NCBI GenBank assembly: GCA_937870685.1
Contig: CALMZX010000144.1
Location: 859-64,858, forward strand
Length of the DNA: 64,000 nucleotides
Direction of reading: 5' to 3'
Source of the DNA: an uncultured Alphaproteobacteria bacterium
GTDB taxonomy: Bacteria > Pseudomonadota > Alphaproteobacteria > Rhizobiales > Aestuariivirgaceae
In this document: positions 37,743 to 48,661 of the stretch, in pieces
How the letters are laid out: every line of letters starts with the position of its first letter
How positions within the stretch are numbered: the stretch's first letter is position 1
The notes under the pieces: model-generated
Database searches by the model: none
What the model was told of the DNA's origin: nothing
What the model saw: the letters and a program-made list of their open reading frames with translations, nothing else
Translations under genes and position numbers: made by a program

Positions 37743-38978
37743 CTACCCCACCCATTCGCCCTTGCGCATGAGGGCTTCGGCTTTTCCGTCCTTTGCGATG
37801 CCATCCACATCCAGTTCACCCGAGCCGATCATCCAGTCCACGTGGATGAGGGAGGTGTTCATGCCGGCCGCGAGCTTCTGTTCGGCTGACAGGGTGGCCG
37901 TGCCTTCCATGTTCTGGGCATAGGCCTGGCCCACGGCGATGTGGCTTGCGGCGTTCTCGTCGTAGAGGGTTTCGCTGAAGATGATGCCGGAGGCCGAGAT
38001 GGGCGAGGAGTGCGGCACGAGGGCCACTTCGCCGAGGCGGGCGGCGCCGTCGTCGGTCTCGATCATCTTGCGGAACACGTCGCCGCCTTTCTCCGCCGTG
38101 CCCTCGACGATGCGGCCCTTCTCGAAGCGCACGGAGATGCCGTCGATCAGCGAGCCCTGATAGGACAGCGGTTTTGTTGAACGCACGATGCCATCCACCC
38201 GCTCGCGGTGCGGCATGGTGAAGACCTCTTCCGAGGGGATGTTGGGATTGCAGAGGATGCCGTTGCGCGCCGTCGAAGCGCCGCCGGCCCAGACGTGGTT
38301 GTCCACGAGGCCGAGGGTGAAGTCGGTGCCGGGGCCTTTGTACTTCAACGCGGCATAGCGTTTTTCATTCAGCATCTTCACGCGGGCATGCAGCGTGGCG
38401 TTGTGGTGCTTCCATGCCGCCACCGGATCGGGTTGGTCGGCACGGGTGCATTTGAAGATGGCGGCCCAGAGGGCGGCGAGTGCCTGTTCCGGTGGCAGGT
38501 TCGGGAAGACCGACCTGGCATGGGAGGGGGTTGCAGCCGAGACCACGCACCAGTTGGTGGCAAATGCGGTGATCTGCTCGATCACCGGCTTGTAGGCCCT
38601 GGAGCGGGCGCGATTGGCACGGGAGACGTGTTCCGGGTTTTCGTTGGAGAGCAGCGAGGGGTCTTCGCCGATGATGGCAAGGCGCGCCGTCGAACCATCG
38701 CGGAAGGCTTCGGCCATGCCGTTGAAGAGCCATGCGGGTGCTGCATCAAAGGCTGCCTCGTGGCCGAGGCGGTAGCGCATGAGCGCGGTCTGCTCGTCGC
38801 TGTAGAGCGTGGTGACGAGAGAGGCTCCGGCGGCATAGGCGTGGTGGGTGACGCGGCGCACGAGGTCAACAGCTTCCAGCGGCGCCGTCACCAGAACCTG
38901 TTGCCCGGCACGGATGTTGAGGCCGGAGCGGATGATGAGTTCGGCGTAGCGGTCGAGAAGCTGATCGTGGGATGTCAT
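37743..38978 (-). CDS. Aminopeptidase, M29 family (AmpS/PepS-like)
   Basis: NIPSEEVFT, LGEVALVP, LYDENAASHIAVG, NTSLIHVDWMIG. Confidence 0.93.
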   Translation of the reverse strand: MTSHDQLLDRYAELIIRSGLNIRAGQQVLVTAPLEAVDLVRRVTHHAYAAGASLVTTLYSDEQTALMRYRLGHEAAFDAAPAWLFNGMAEAFRDGSTARLAIIGEDPSLLSNENPEHVSRANRARSRAYKPVIEQITAFATNWCVVSAATPSHARSVFPNLPPEQALAALWAAIFKCTRADQPDPVAAWKHHNATLHARVKMLNEKRYAALKYKGPGTDFTLGLVDNHVWAGGASTARNGILCNPNIPSEEVFTMPHRERVDGIVRSTKPLSYQGSLIDGISVRFEKGRIVEGTAEKGGDVFRKMIETDDGAARLGEVALVPHSSPISASGIIFSETLYDENAASHIAVGQAYAQNMEGTATLSAEQKLAAGMNTSLIHVDWMIGSGELDVDGIAKDGKAEALMRKGEWVG

Positions 38979-39081
38979 GGTGTGCTTTCAATGCAATGCA
39001 GGTCTTCGCCTGATTTATCGCCGCTGTTGCCGTGTCGCGCAATGACTGTGTTAGGGTGGACCCATCTCAGGAGAGTCAGTC

Positions 39082-40092
39082 ATGCGCGCAGTCGGATATT
39101 TCTCATCGCGTCCCGTCACGGATGCAAGGGCACTTGAGGATGTGACACTGCCCGAGCCAGAGGCGCTGGGGCATGACATCGTGGTTGATGTGAAGGCCGT
39201 TTCGGTGAACCCGGTGGACACCAAGGTGCGCAGGCGCTCGGGGCCGGAGGGGGACGGCCCCAAGGTCGTCGGCTTTGATGCGGCCGGCATCGTGCGTGCG
39301 GTAGGGCCGCTGGTGCAAGGGCGTTTCAAGCCAGGTGACGAGGTGTTCTATTCGGGGGCCATCAACCGGCCGGGCACAAATGCCGAGCGCCATGCAGTCG
39401 ATGCGCGGATTGTGGGCCACAAGCCCAAAACGCTGGACTGGTCGGAAGCCGCAGCCTTGCCGCTCACCAGCATCACGGCGTGGGAAATGCTTTTTGACCG
39501 GCTTCAGGTGGGGCGGCCGGTGGCGGGTGCGGGCAACAGCATCCTGATCATCGGCGGGGCAGGGGGTGTCGGTTCCATCGCCATCCAGCTGGCGCGGCAA
39601 TTGACGGGGCTCACGGTGATCGCCACGGCGTCGCGGCCCGAAACGGTGGCCTGGTGCAGGGAGTTGGGTGCGCATCATGTTGTCGACCACGGCAAGCCTC
39701 TGGCGCCGCAGGTCGAGGCGCTGAACACGGGCAAACCGGGATTTGTCTTCTGCACCAGCAACGCCCAGCCCTATGGGCAGGACATTGCCTCACTGATCGC
39801 GCCACAGGGGCGCCTGGGGCTCATTGCCGACGCCATGGACATGACGCCGTTCAAGACCAAGAGCATTTCCATCCACTGGGAGTTCATGTTCACGCGGCCC
39901 GTGGAGCAGACAGCTGACATTGCCGAGCAGGCCAGACTTCTCAACGAAGTGGCGCGTCTTGTTGATGCAGGCACGCTGCGCACCACGCTGACCCGGCGGA
40001 TCGGCAGGATCAACGCGCCGAACCTCCTCGCCGCCCACAAGCTGCTGGAAGAGGGCCGGATGATCGGCAAGCTGGCGCTGGAGGGCTGGTGA
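39082..40092 (+). CDS. MDR-family NADPH:quinone oxidoreductase-like protein
   Basis: SVNPVDTKVR, GFDAAG, ALPLTSITAWE, IGGAGGVGS. Confidence 0.9.
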   Translation: MRAVGYFSSRPVTDARALEDVTLPEPEALGHDIVVDVKAVSVNPVDTKVRRRSGPEGDGPKVVGFDAAGIVRAVGPLVQGRFKPGDEVFYSGAINRPGTNAERHAVDARIVGHKPKTLDWSEAAALPLTSITAWEMLFDRLQVGRPVAGAGNSILIIGGAGGVGSIAIQLARQLTGLTVIATASRPETVAWCRELGAHHVVDHGKPLAPQVEALNTGKPGFVFCTSNAQPYGQDIASLIAPQGRLGLIADAMDMTPFKTKSISIHWEFMFTRPVEQTADIAEQARLLNEVARLVDAGTLRTTLTRRIGRINAPNLLAAHKLLEEGRMIGKLALEGW

Positions 40093-40893
40093 TCAGCCCT
40101 TCGCCAGATCTTCCGGGCGCGGCATGGAGATGATGTTGTAGCCCGAATCCACGTAGTGGATTTCGCCTGTGACGCCGCCTGACAGGGGCGAGAGCAGATA
40201 GACGGCGGCACCGCCCACTTCGTCCAGCGTTACGGTGCGGCGGAGCGGCGCGTGAGCCTGCTGGTAGTTGAACATGGCGCGGGCATCGCCGACACCCGCA
40301 CCTGCCAGCGTGCGCATGGGGCCTGCCGAAATGGCGTTCACCCGCACCCCTTGCGGGCCAAAGTCGGCGGCGAGGTAGCGCACGCTTGCTTCCAGCGCTG
40401 CCTTGGCCACGCCCATGACATTGTAGTTGGGCATGACGCGCTGCGAGCCGCCATAGGTGAGGGTAAGGATGGAGCCGCCATTGGGCATGAGCTCTGCGGC
40501 GCGCTTGGTGATTTCGGTGAAGGAGAAGGCCGAGATCACCATGGTGCGCGAGAAGTTGGCGCGGCTTGTGTCGGCGTATTTGCCCTTCAACTCGTTCTTG
40601 TCGGAAAAGCCGATGGAATGGACGAGGAAGTCGATGGTGCCCCATTTCGCCTTCAGTTCGGCGAAGGTGGCATCCACCGAAGCGATGTCCTCTACGTCAC
40701 AGTTGATGAGGATGTTCGATCCGACGCTTTCCGCCAGCGGTGCGAGCCGCTTGCCGAAGGCCTCACCCTGATAGGTGAAGGCGAGTTCGGCGCCATGCTT
40801 CGCGAGGTTCGAAGCAATGCCCCAGGCAATCGAATGATCGTTGGCCACACCCATCACGAGGCCGCGGCGGCCCTTCATCAATCCATCGGTCAT
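40093..40893 (-). CDS. fabI: Enoyl-ACP reductase
   Basis: GVANDHSIAWG, YNVMGVAKAALE, ISAGPMRTLA. Confidence 0.96.
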   Translation of the reverse strand: MTDGLMKGRRGLVMGVANDHSIAWGIASNLAKHGAELAFTYQGEAFGKRLAPLAESVGSNILINCDVEDIASVDATFAELKAKWGTIDFLVHSIGFSDKNELKGKYADTSRANFSRTMVISAFSFTEITKRAAELMPNGGSILTLTYGGSQRVMPNYNVMGVAKAALEASVRYLAADFGPQGVRVNAISAGPMRTLAGAGVGDARAMFNYQQAHAPLRRTVTLDEVGGAAVYLLSPLSGGVTGEIHYVDSGYNIISMPRPEDLAKG

Positions 40894-40901
40894 GGTTTTG
40901 C

Positions 40902-42116
40902 TTATCCGTTGTGGCGTTGGAAGACGAGGGTGGCGTTGGTGCCGCCGAAGCCGAAGGAGTTCGACATCACGGTATCAACCTTGGCATTGTCCACACGCTT
41001 GCGCAGGATGGGCACGCCTTCAAAGGCGGGATCGAGTTCCTCGATGTTGGCGCTTTCGCAGAGGAAGCCGTTCTTCATCATGAGAAGGGAATAGATCGCC
41101 TCCTGCACGCCGGTGGCGCCCAGGGAATGGCCGGTCAGGGATTTGGTCGAGGAGATGGGCGGGATCTTGTCGCCGAAGACCTCGCGGATCGCTTCGATCT
41201 CCTTGGCATCGCCCACGGGCGTCGAGGTGCCATGCGGGTTGATGTAGTCGATGGCGCCCTTCACGTCCTTCATGGCCATGCGCATGCAGCGCACCGCACC
41301 CTCGCCCGAGGGGGCGACCATGTCATAGCCATCGCTGGTGGCACCATAGCCCACGAGTTCGCCGTAGATCCTGGCGCCGCGCGCCTTGGCGTGTTGCAGT
41401 TCTTCCAGCACGACGACACCGGCGCCGCCGGCGATGACGAAGCCGTCGCGGTTCTTGTCATAGGCACGCGACGCCGTGGCGGGGCGGTCATTGTATTTGG
41501 AGGACATGGCGCCCATGGCGTCGAAGAGCACCGAGAGCGTCCAGTCCAGTTCCTCGCCGCCGCCGGCGAAGACGATGTCCTGCTTGCCCCACTGGATCAG
41601 TTCCGCGCCATTGCCGATGCAATGGGCGGAGGTGGCGCAGGCCGACGAGATGGAATAGTTGACGCCGCGGATGCCGAAGGGTGTCGCCAGCGTCGCGGAG
41701 TTGGTGGACGACATGGTGGCGGGGACGGCAAAGGGGCCGACGCGCTTGGGGCCCTTTTCGCGGGTGGTGTCGGCAGCGGCCACGAGGGTGCGGGTCGACG
41801 GCCCGCCCGAGCCCATGATGATGCCGGTGCGGTCGTTCTTCTGGTCCTTTTCCTCAAGGCCGGAGTCGGCAATGGCCTGCTGCATGGCCACGTAGTTCCA
41901 GGCGGCGCCATCGCCCATGAAGCGGCGCACGCGGCGGTCCACGGTGTCGAGGTCGTAGGTCGGCGCGCCATGGACCTGGCAGCGGAAGCCCAGTTCCCTG
42001 TACTTGTCGGCTGATACGATGCCGGATTTGGCCTCGCGCAGGGAGGCGGTCACCTCCTGCACATTGTTGCCGATGGAGGAGACAATCCCCATGCCTGTGA
42101 CGACGACTCGCCGCAT
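40902..42116 (-). CDS. fabB: Beta-ketoacyl-ACP synthase I
   Basis: [44 protein letters not shown]. Confidence 0.95.
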   Translation of the reverse strand: MRRVVVTGMGIVSSIGNNVQEVTASLREAKSGIVSADKYRELGFRCQVHGAPTYDLDTVDRRVRRFMGDGAAWNYVAMQQAIADSGLEEKDQKNDRTGIIMGSGGPSTRTLVAAADTTREKGPKRVGPFAVPATMSSTNSATLATPFGIRGVNYSISSACATSAHCIGNGAELIQWGKQDIVFAGGGEELDWTLSVLFDAMGAMSSKYNDRPATASRAYDKNRDGFVIAGGAGVVVLEELQHAKARGARIYGELVGYGATSDGYDMVAPSGEGAVRCMRMAMKDVKGAIDYINPHGTSTPVGDAKEIEAIREVFGDKIPPISSTKSLTGHSLGATGVQEAIYSLLMMKNGFLCESANIEELDPAFEGVPILRKRVDNAKVDTVMSNSFGFGGTNATLVFQRHNG

Positions 42117-42199
42117 TCTCTCGATACTCCGTGGAACGTTGGTCCGGTCTCTTAGCAGGTGCGGGCGGGCCGTTCCATGCGTCAAAAACCGGGTGGGGA

Positions 42200-42715
42200 C
42201 TACTTGGCTTCCGGCTGGAACAGGCCGACCTTCATGTCGGTGACCTGATAGATCGGCTCGCCATCGGCCTTCATCACGCCGTTGGCGACGGCGAGTTTCA
42301 GCTTGCGCAGGATGAGGCGCGTCACATCCACCTCATAGGTCACGGTCTTGACCTTGGGGGTGACCATGCCGGTGAATTTCACCTCGCCCACGCCCAGCGC
42401 ACGGCCCTTGCCGGGTTCGCCCAGCCAGCCGAGGAAGAAGCCGGTGAGCTGCCAGAGGGCGTCAAGGCCGAGGCAGCCGGGCATCACGGGGTCGCCGTGG
42501 AAATGGCAGGGGAAGAACCAGAGGTCCGGCTTGATGTCGAATTCGGCGACGACAGAACCAAGCCCCGCCGAACCGCCATCCTTGCTGATCTGGGTGATGC
42601 GGTCGAACATCAGCATGGGGGGCAGCGGCAGCTGGGCGTTGCCCGGCCCAAACAATTCGCCGCGCCCGCAGGCGAGAAGTTCTTCGTAGGAATAGGATGG
42701 TTGTCCGATCGGCAT
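42200..42715 (-). CDS. fabA: 3-hydroxydecanoyl-ACP dehydratase/isomerase
   Basis: [33 protein letters not shown]. Confidence 0.97.
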   Translation of the reverse strand: MPIGQPSYSYEELLACGRGELFGPGNAQLPLPPMLMFDRITQISKDGGSAGLGSVVAEFDIKPDLWFFPCHFHGDPVMPGCLGLDALWQLTGFFLGWLGEPGKGRALGVGEVKFTGMVTPKVKTVTYEVDVTRLILRKLKLAVANGVMKADGEPIYQVTDMKVGLFQPEAK

Positions 42716-42798
42716 GGTCTGTGTGAGCCCCTGTTTTTTCCTTGGTTAGCATGCCGCCGCCCGGAAAGGCAAAGCAACAGCGTTGACAGTCTGGCGGA

Positions 42799-43761
42799 CT
42801 ACAACCTTCTCAAGAACACACTCCGCACCTTGTGGTCTGTGCCCTTTCTCAGCACCAGGTCGGCGCGGGGGCGGGTGGGGAGGATGTTTTCGCGCAAGTT
42901 CACCAGGTTGATGGTGTTCCAGATGCGGGTAGCGGTTTCACTGGCCTCGGCGTCGGTGAGCGAGGCGTAGCGGTGGAAGTAGGATTGCGGGTTTTGGAAG
43001 GCACCGTTACGGAGCGAGAAGAAGCGCTCAATGTACCAGGTCTTGAGGTCGGTTTCCTCGGCATCAATGAAGATGGAGAAGTCGAAGAAGTCGGAGGTGT
43101 TTGGAATGCCGCGGCCATCACGCGGCGGGCGGCCGGTCTGCAACACGTTGATGCCCTCGACGATCAGGATGTCGGGCTGGTCCACGACCTGGGTCTGGCC
43201 GGGGATCACGTCATAGGTGAGGTGCGAATAGACCGGCGCTTCCACGTCGCGCTCGCCCGACTTGATGTCGGACATGAAGCGGAGGATGCGCTGCAGGTCG
43301 TAGGATTCGGGGAAGCCCTTGCGCTGCATCAGGCCTTCGCGTTCCAGCACGGCGTTGGGCAGGAGGAAGCCGTCGGTGGTGACGAGATCGACCTTCGGGT
43401 GCGAGGGCCAGCGCGAGAGCAGGCGGCGCAGGATGCGCGCCGTGGTGCTCTTGCCGCTCGATACGCTGCCGCCGATGCCGATGACATAGGGCACCTTTAG
43501 GTCGGTGATGTGGAGGAACTGGTTGGAAGCGTGGAAGAGCTTCTGGCTTGCCTGCACATAGAGGTTCAGCAGGCGCGACATGGGCAGGTAGATCGCCTCC
43601 ACTTCTGCGAGGTCGATGCGGTCGTTGAGCGAGCGTACCTCGTCGAGGTCGGCATCGGTCAGCGTCATCGCTGTGTCGGCGCGCAGATCAGCCCATTCAT
43701 TGCGGGAGAAACGGCGGAAGGGAGAGACTTCGCGGGCGAAGTCCTCGGCAAGGTCAATCAT
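42799..43761 (-). CDS. coaA: Type I pantothenate kinase
   Basis: [31 protein letters not shown]. Confidence 0.96.
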   Translation of the reverse strand: MIDLAEDFAREVSPFRRFSRNEWADLRADTAMTLTDADLDEVRSLNDRIDLAEVEAIYLPMSRLLNLYVQASQKLFHASNQFLHITDLKVPYVIGIGGSVSSGKSTTARILRRLLSRWPSHPKVDLVTTDGFLLPNAVLEREGLMQRKGFPESYDLQRILRFMSDIKSGERDVEAPVYSHLTYDVIPGQTQVVDQPDILIVEGINVLQTGRPPRDGRGIPNTSDFFDFSIFIDAEETDLKTWYIERFFSLRNGAFQNPQSYFHRYASLTDAEASETATRIWNTINLVNLRENILPTRPRADLVLRKGTDHKVRSVFLRRL

Positions 43762-44083
43762 GCGGGCGGCCCGCTTTTTCCACGAGGCCGGAGGTGCCTT
43801 CGCGGCGCCTGAGTTCCTCCATCACGGCAGTGGGCGAAACGCCTGCGGCCTGCAACAGCACGAGCAGGTGATACAGCACGTCGGCGGCTTCCTTCGTGAC
43901 TTCGGTTTTGTTCTTTTCGACAGCGGCGATGACGAGTTCAACCGCTTCTTCACCCAGCTTCTTGGCGCATTTGTCCACGCCCTTTGCGAGGAGCTTCGCG
44001 GTGTAGGAGGAGTCAGGCGAGGCGGAGGCCCTGGCTTCGATGTCCTTGGCGAGTGTTTCCAGTTGGCTGAACATGGCTGTCAC
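43754..44083 (-). CDS. hisE: Phosphoribosyl-ATP pyrophosphatase
   Basis: [16 protein letters not shown]...EAADVLYH. Confidence 0.95.
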   Translation of the reverse strand: MTAMFSQLETLAKDIEARASASPDSSYTAKLLAKGVDKCAKKLGEEAVELVIAAVEKNKTEVTKEAADVLYHLLVLLQAAGVSPTAVMEELRRREGTSGLVEKAGRPHD

Positions 44084-44850
44084 GTCCCCTTCGTCATACG
44101 CACCGGTATCCCCGCCTTTGCCATGGCGTCCTTGGCCTGCGCGATCGTAAAGGTTCCGAAGTGGAAAATCGAGGCGGCGAGCACCGCTGTGGCGTGGCCG
44201 TCCCTGATACCTTCGGCCAAGTGGTCGAGCGTGCCGACACCGCCCGAGGCGATGACGGGGATGTTCACGGCGTCGGCGATGGCGCGGGTGAGGGCGATAT
44301 TGAAGCCCTTGCCCGTACCATCACGATCCATTGACGTGAGCAGGATTTCGCCTGCGCCCAGGGCTTCCACCGCGCGGGCAAACTGCACGGCGTCGATACC
44401 GGTTTCCTTGCGCCCGCCGTGGGTGAAGATTTCATACTTGCCCGGTGCCACTTCCTTTGCGTCGATGGCGACGACGATGCACTGGCTACCGAATTTCTCC
44501 GCCGCCTCCCTGACGAACTGGCGGTTGGCGACGGCAGCGGAATTGATCGAAACCTTGTCGGCACCGGCGAGAAGAAGGGCGCGGATATCGTCCAGCGTGC
44601 GCACGCCGCCACCGACGGTCAGCGGCATGAAGCAGGCCTCCGCCGTGCGGCGCACCACATCCAGCATGGTGCCGCGACCTTCGTGGGTGGCGGTGATGTC
44701 GAGGAAGCAAAGTTCATCGGCGCCGGCCTTGTCATAGGCCTTGGCGGCTTCCACAGGATCGCCCGCATCCACGAGGTTCACGAAGTTGACGCCCTTGACG
44801 ACGCGGCCGTCCTTGACGTCGAGGCAGGGAATGACGCGCATCTTCAGCAT
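44080..44850 (-). CDS. hisF: Imidazole glycerol phosphate synthase cyclase subunit
   Basis: [38 protein letters not shown]. Confidence 0.97.
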   Translation of the reverse strand: MLKMRVIPCLDVKDGRVVKGVNFVNLVDAGDPVEAAKAYDKAGADELCFLDITATHEGRGTMLDVVRRTAEACFMPLTVGGGVRTLDDIRALLLAGADKVSINSAAVANRQFVREAAEKFGSQCIVVAIDAKEVAPGKYEIFTHGGRKETGIDAVQFARAVEALGAGEILLTSMDRDGTGKGFNIALTRAIADAVNIPVIASGGVGTLDHLAEGIRDGHATAVLAASIFHFGTFTIAQAKDAMAKAGIPVRMTKGT

Positions 44851-45599
44851 CAGCGGCCTCCGGCGACACGCAAGGTCGTGCCCGTGATGTAGCTTGCGGC
44901 ATCGCTCGCCATGAAGAGAATGGCCTCGGCGATTTCCTCCGGCTCGCCGATCCTCTGCATGGGGATGGTCGGGCGGATGCGTTCCACGCGCGCCACGTCT
45001 CCGGTGGAGCGTTCGTGGATGTCGGTCAGCGTCATGCCGGGGGTGACGGAGACGACACGGATGCCTTCCATGGCGACTTCCTTGGCAAGACCGGTGGTGA
45101 GGGAATCGATGGCGCCCTTGCTGGCGGCATACCAGACATATTCACCGGGACTGCCGAGCAGGGCGGCGGCAGAGGAAATGTTGACGATGACGCCGCCCTT
45201 GCCGCCGTTGCGGGTGGACATGTGCTTCACCGCCTCGCGGGCCACGTAGATGGCGCCCGTGGTGTTGATGGCAATGGTGTCGGCGATCACCTGCGGATCG
45301 GCTTCATCCAGGCGGCTGGACTTGCCAGTGATGCCAGCGTTGTTCACCACCACATCGATGCTTCCGAAACTCAAGGCGGTCTGGCGGAAGAGGCGCTCGA
45401 TGTCGTCGAGCTTCGCCATGTCGCCCTGGAAAGCCAGCGCCATGCCGCCATCCGTGCGGATGTCCTCGCAGAGACCTTCCGCTGCGGCGCGGTCAGCCAC
45501 ATAGTTCACGACCACCCTGTAGCCGCGCTGGGCGGCGAGGCGGGCAGCCGCGGCACCGATGCCGCGGCTGCCGCCAGTGATGAGCATGACCTTGTTCAT
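44850..45599 (-). CDS. Short-chain dehydrogenase/reductase
   Basis: [21 protein letters not shown]. Confidence 0.92.
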   Translation of the reverse strand: MNKVMLITGGSRGIGAAAARLAAQRGYRVVVNYVADRAAAEGLCEDIRTDGGMALAFQGDMAKLDDIERLFRQTALSFGSIDVVVNNAGITGKSSRLDEADPQVIADTIAINTTGAIYVAREAVKHMSTRNGGKGGVIVNISSAAALLGSPGEYVWYAASKGAIDSLTTGLAKEVAMEGIRVVSVTPGMTLTDIHERSTGDVARVERIRPTIPMQRIGEPEEIAEAILFMASDAASYITGTTLRVAGGR

Positions 45600-46327
45600 G
45601 CGGCCTCCGCGATCAGTTTCAGGGCTTCGCCTGCATCAACGCGGCCATCATAGAGGGCGCGGCCGGTGATGGCCCCCTCCAGCTTGCGCGCGTCGGGCTG
45701 CAACATGCGGCGGATATCGGCCAGCGAGGCCAGTCCGCCCGAGGCGATGACGGGAATGGACACGGCATCAGACAACGCGATGGTCGCATCCCAGTTGATG
45801 CCTGTCAGCACCCCGTCGCGGTCGATGTCGGTGTAGATGATGGCGGCAACACCGGCACCCTCAAACTTCTGCGCCATCTCGATGACGCCGAGAGACGAGG
45901 CTTCGGCCCAGCCTTCGACCGCAACCTTGCCGCCCTTGGCGTCAATGCCGACGGCGACCTTGCCGGGGAAGAGCCTGCAGGCCTCCTTCACGAGGCCCGG
46001 ATCGCGCACGGCGACTGTGCCGAGAATAACACGGGCGAGGCCCTTGGACAGCCAGCTTTCAATGTGGGCCAGGGTGCGGATGCCGCCGCCCAGTTGCACC
46101 GGATTTTTCGTCGCCTTGAGGATGGCCTCGACAGCGGCACCATTCACCGATTGTCCGGCGAAGGCGCCGTTCAGGTCAACGACATGCAGCCACGTGAAGC
46201 CCTGCTGCTCGAAGGCCAGCGCCTGTGCCGCAGGATCATCATTGTAAATAGTGGCCTCACGCATATCGCCCAGCTTGAGGCGCACGCACTTGCCGTCCTT
46301 CAGGTCGATGGCGGGGAAGAGGATCAT
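45596..46327 (-). CDS. hisA: ProFAR isomerase
   Basis: [34 protein letters not shown]. Confidence 0.96.
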   Translation of the reverse strand: MILFPAIDLKDGKCVRLKLGDMREATIYNDDPAAQALAFEQQGFTWLHVVDLNGAFAGQSVNGAAVEAILKATKNPVQLGGGIRTLAHIESWLSKGLARVILGTVAVRDPGLVKEACRLFPGKVAVGIDAKGGKVAVEGWAEASSLGVIEMAQKFEGAGVAAIIYTDIDRDGVLTGINWDATIALSDAVSIPVIASGGLASLADIRRMLQPDARKLEGAITGRALYDGRVDAGEALKLIAEAA

Positions 46328-46452
46328 GTGGAAGGGCCCCCTCCGGCCTTCGGCCACCTCCCCCAGCAAAGCTGAGGGAGGGTGAAACCCCGCGCGCTCC
46401 CCCAACTTGTTGGGGGAGCTGTCCGAAGGACTGAGGGGGGCAATTGGTTCAT
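46324..46452 (-). CDS. 42-aa repeat-derived mini-ORF overlapping the hisH stop and the hisA start (translation unproven)
   Basis: [42 protein letters not shown]; ATGA overlaps at both ends; below the ORF-track cut-off. Confidence 0.35.
   Translation of the reverse strand: MNQLPPSVLRTAPPTSWGSARGFTLPQLCWGRWPKAGGGPST
46334..46441. repeat. Bipartite palindromic repeat copy 3 (between hisH and hisA)
   Basis: B half at 46337-46382, inverted A half at 46395-46441; inverted homologue of 29851-29957. Confidence 0.9.
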
Positions 46453-47102
46453 GGCTTCCACCTGAGGAAATTGGCGATGAGGCGCAGGCCCAGCTCCTGG
46501 CTCTTTTCGGGGTGAAATTGCGTGCCCACGAGGTTTTCATAGCCCACCATGGCGGTGACGGCGCCGCCGTAGTCGGTGGTGGCGATCAGGTCTTCGGGCA
46601 GGGTGGGTTCGAGGTGATAGGAGTGCACGAAATAAGCGTGCAGGCCGTTCTCGCCGGTGGGAATGTCCTGCAACACGGGATGGTCGGAATGGAGCTTCAG
46701 CGTGTTCCAGCCCATGTGCGGAATCTTGAGTGACGGATCATTTGGCGTGATGCGCACGACATCGCCCGCGACCCAGCCCAGGCCCTGGGTGGTTTCATGT
46801 TCAAGGCCGCGCGTCGCCATCAATTGCATGCCGACACAAATGCCGAGGAAGGGACGGCCGAGGCCGATCACCTGCTGCTGCAGGACCTCGCGCATGCCAT
46901 CAACGGCGTTGAGGCCGTCGCGGCAATCCCTGAAGGCACCGACGCCCGGCAGGACGATGCGGTCTGCCTTCGCCACCTCGTCGGCCTTGCTGGTGACGAT
47001 GATCTTGCCCTTGATGCCATGGTCTGCGGCGGCGCGTTCAAAAGCCTTGTGGGCGGAATGCAGGTTGCCGGAGCCGTAGTCGATGATGACGGTCTTCATC
47101 AT
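46449..47102 (-). CDS. hisH: Imidazole glycerol phosphate synthase glutaminase subunit
   Basis: [35 protein letters not shown]. Confidence 0.96.
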   Translation of the reverse strand: MMKTVIIDYGSGNLHSAHKAFERAAADHGIKGKIIVTSKADEVAKADRIVLPGVGAFRDCRDGLNAVDGMREVLQQQVIGLGRPFLGICVGMQLMATRGLEHETTQGLGWVAGDVVRITPNDPSLKIPHMGWNTLKLHSDHPVLQDIPTGENGLHAYFVHSYHLEPTLPEDLIATTDYGGAVTAMVGYENLVGTQFHPEKSQELGLRLIANFLRWKP

Positions 47103-47692
47103 CCCTTCAGCGAACCTTTCGTCGAGGGAATGCGGTCCTTTTGGCGCGGGTCGATTTCCAGCGCGTCACGCAAGGACCGGGCCAGTGCCTTGAAGCTGCT
47201 CTCGGCGATGTGGTGGGCGTTGCCGCCGGCGGTGTTTTCCAGATGCAGGGTGATCCCGGCATTCATGGCGAAGGCCTGGAACCATTCGCGCACCAGTTCG
47301 GTGTCGAAGTTGCCGATCTTGTCGCGCGGGTATTCGCAGTTGAAGACCAGGAAGGGACGGCCCGAAACGTCGATGGCGACGCGGGTCAAGGTCTCGTCCA
47401 TGGGCAGGTCACAGGAGGCGTAGCGGCGGATGCCCTTGCGGTCGCCCAGTGCCTTGGCCACGGCCTGGCCGAGCGCAATGCCGCAATCCTCCACCGTGTG
47501 GTGGTCGTCGATGTGCAGGTCGCCCCTGGCGGCAAGGGTGATGTCCATCAGCGAATGCCGGGCCAGCTGTTCCATCATGTGGTCGAAGAAGCCGACGCCG
47601 GTCTTGACGTCGTAGCCTCCGGACCCATCGAGGTTCACCGTGCAGGTGACTTCGGTTTCGGTTGTCTTGCGGCTGATGGTGGCTGTGCGCAT
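47099..47692 (-). CDS. hisB: Imidazoleglycerol-phosphate dehydratase
   Basis: [25 protein letters not shown]. Confidence 0.97.
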   Translation of the reverse strand: MRTATISRKTTETEVTCTVNLDGSGGYDVKTGVGFFDHMMEQLARHSLMDITLAARGDLHIDDHHTVEDCGIALGQAVAKALGDRKGIRRYASCDLPMDETLTRVAIDVSGRPFLVFNCEYPRDKIGNFDTELVREWFQAFAMNAGITLHLENTAGGNAHHIAESSFKALARSLRDALEIDPRQKDRIPSTKGSLKG

Positions 47693-47766
47693 GGGATGTC
47701 CCGCTGTTTTGCGGCTGCGAGATAGCAGAAGCCCCGGCCCCCGTCACCCCTTCCGAAGGACCCTCG

Positions 47767-48495
47767 TTAACGCTTCTTCCGGGGGGCGGGAGTGGCAGTG
47801 ATGACGTTGTCGGTATCCGTCAGAAGCGCCAGCATGGCGTCGCGGGCGGCCGGCCCGTCGGCCGTGGCGACGGCACGGACAATGTTCTGGTGCAGCTTGA
47901 GCGCCCGGGAATAATGCGGGTTCTTGTGGGTGGTGTAGTCGAAGAGGTTGGTGAGTGCCTGTTCGATGATGATGGAGAAGGGCACCAGCAATTCGTTGTT
48001 GGCGCAGGCGAGCAGGGCGTCGTGAAATTCGACATCGGACGCCACCATGTCCTTTGTCGCGGTGGCGCCGGCCATCGCATGATAGGCTGCGACCAAACGT
48101 TCCAGTTGGGCGGGTGAATGCTTGCGGGCGGCCAGTTCGGCGATTCCGGGTTCCACGAGGCGGCGGGCCTCCTGGGTCGAGGCAAGGAAGGCCTTGCGGT
48201 CCATGGCGGCGCGGTGCCACTCCAGCACATCGCGGTCCAGCATGTTCCAGCGCGCGCGCGGTTCAACCCGTGAGCCGATCTTCGGGCGCGACTGGATCAG
48301 GCCCTTGGCGGTGAGGCTCTTGATCGCCTCGCGCACGGCCGTGCGGCTGGCGCCATAGGTCTTGCCCCAGTCCGCTTCATTGGGGAGAAGGGCACCCGGC
48401 ACAAATTCGCCCGAGAGAATGCGCTCGCCGATGGCGCGCTCGATCTTGGCGTGGATGTTGCCTTTCGCCGATCTTGTCTTTCCGCGTCCGGTCAT
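47767..48495 (-). CDS. GntR/FadR-family transcriptional regulator
   Basis: LPNE..SRTAVREA..GLIQSRPKIG wHTH plus FCD domain. Start could be 48531. Confidence 0.9.
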   Translation of the reverse strand: MTGRGKTRSAKGNIHAKIERAIGERILSGEFVPGALLPNEADWGKTYGASRTAVREAIKSLTAKGLIQSRPKIGSRVEPRARWNMLDRDVLEWHRAAMDRKAFLASTQEARRLVEPGIAELAARKHSPAQLERLVAAYHAMAGATATKDMVASDVEFHDALLACANNELLVPFSIIIEQALTNLFDYTTHKNPHYSRALKLHQNIVRAVATADGPAARDAMLALLTDTDNVITATPAPRKKR

Positions 48496-48522
48496 GTTGC
48501 GCTGCCGCAAAGTTCGCTGGGC

Positions 48523-48558
48523 ATTTGTCATACAAGGCGGCGCCTATTTGTCATACAA
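48523..48558. promoter_or_regulatory. Tandem FadR-type operator
   Basis: ATTTGTCATACAA repeated exactly at 48523-48535 and 48546-48558; TTGT-N3-ACAA dyad typical of the FadR subfamily. Confidence 0.7.
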
Positions 48559-48661
48559 AATTCTTGATCACTTCCCGGCCCCACACTATGGTCCGCGGCC
48601 ATGACAGCGCAAGTCCGGCATGGGGCCGGAGGCGCAGTCTGGTTTTCAGGGAGGATACCTC

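Noticed and set aside
37585-37923. 112-aa ORF containing PPPTSWG repeat-derived peptide
   Set aside because: Spans the intergenic repeat and runs antisense into the aminopeptidase; no coding evidence beyond repeat content.
40082-40100. 7-bp hairpin formed across the abutting stops of the convergent oxidoreductase and fabI genes
   Set aside because: Short, has no T-tract and is plausibly chance in GC-rich DNA.
46328-46540. 71-aa N-terminal extension of HisA in the ORF track
   Set aside because: Read-through of the hisH 3' end and the repeat; the canonical HisA start MILFPAID is at 46327.
40093-47692. Long co-oriented run his-coaA-fabA-fabB-fabI as one unusual operon
   Set aside because: Made of two common housekeeping blocks separated by an 83-bp spacer; no evidence of functional novelty.
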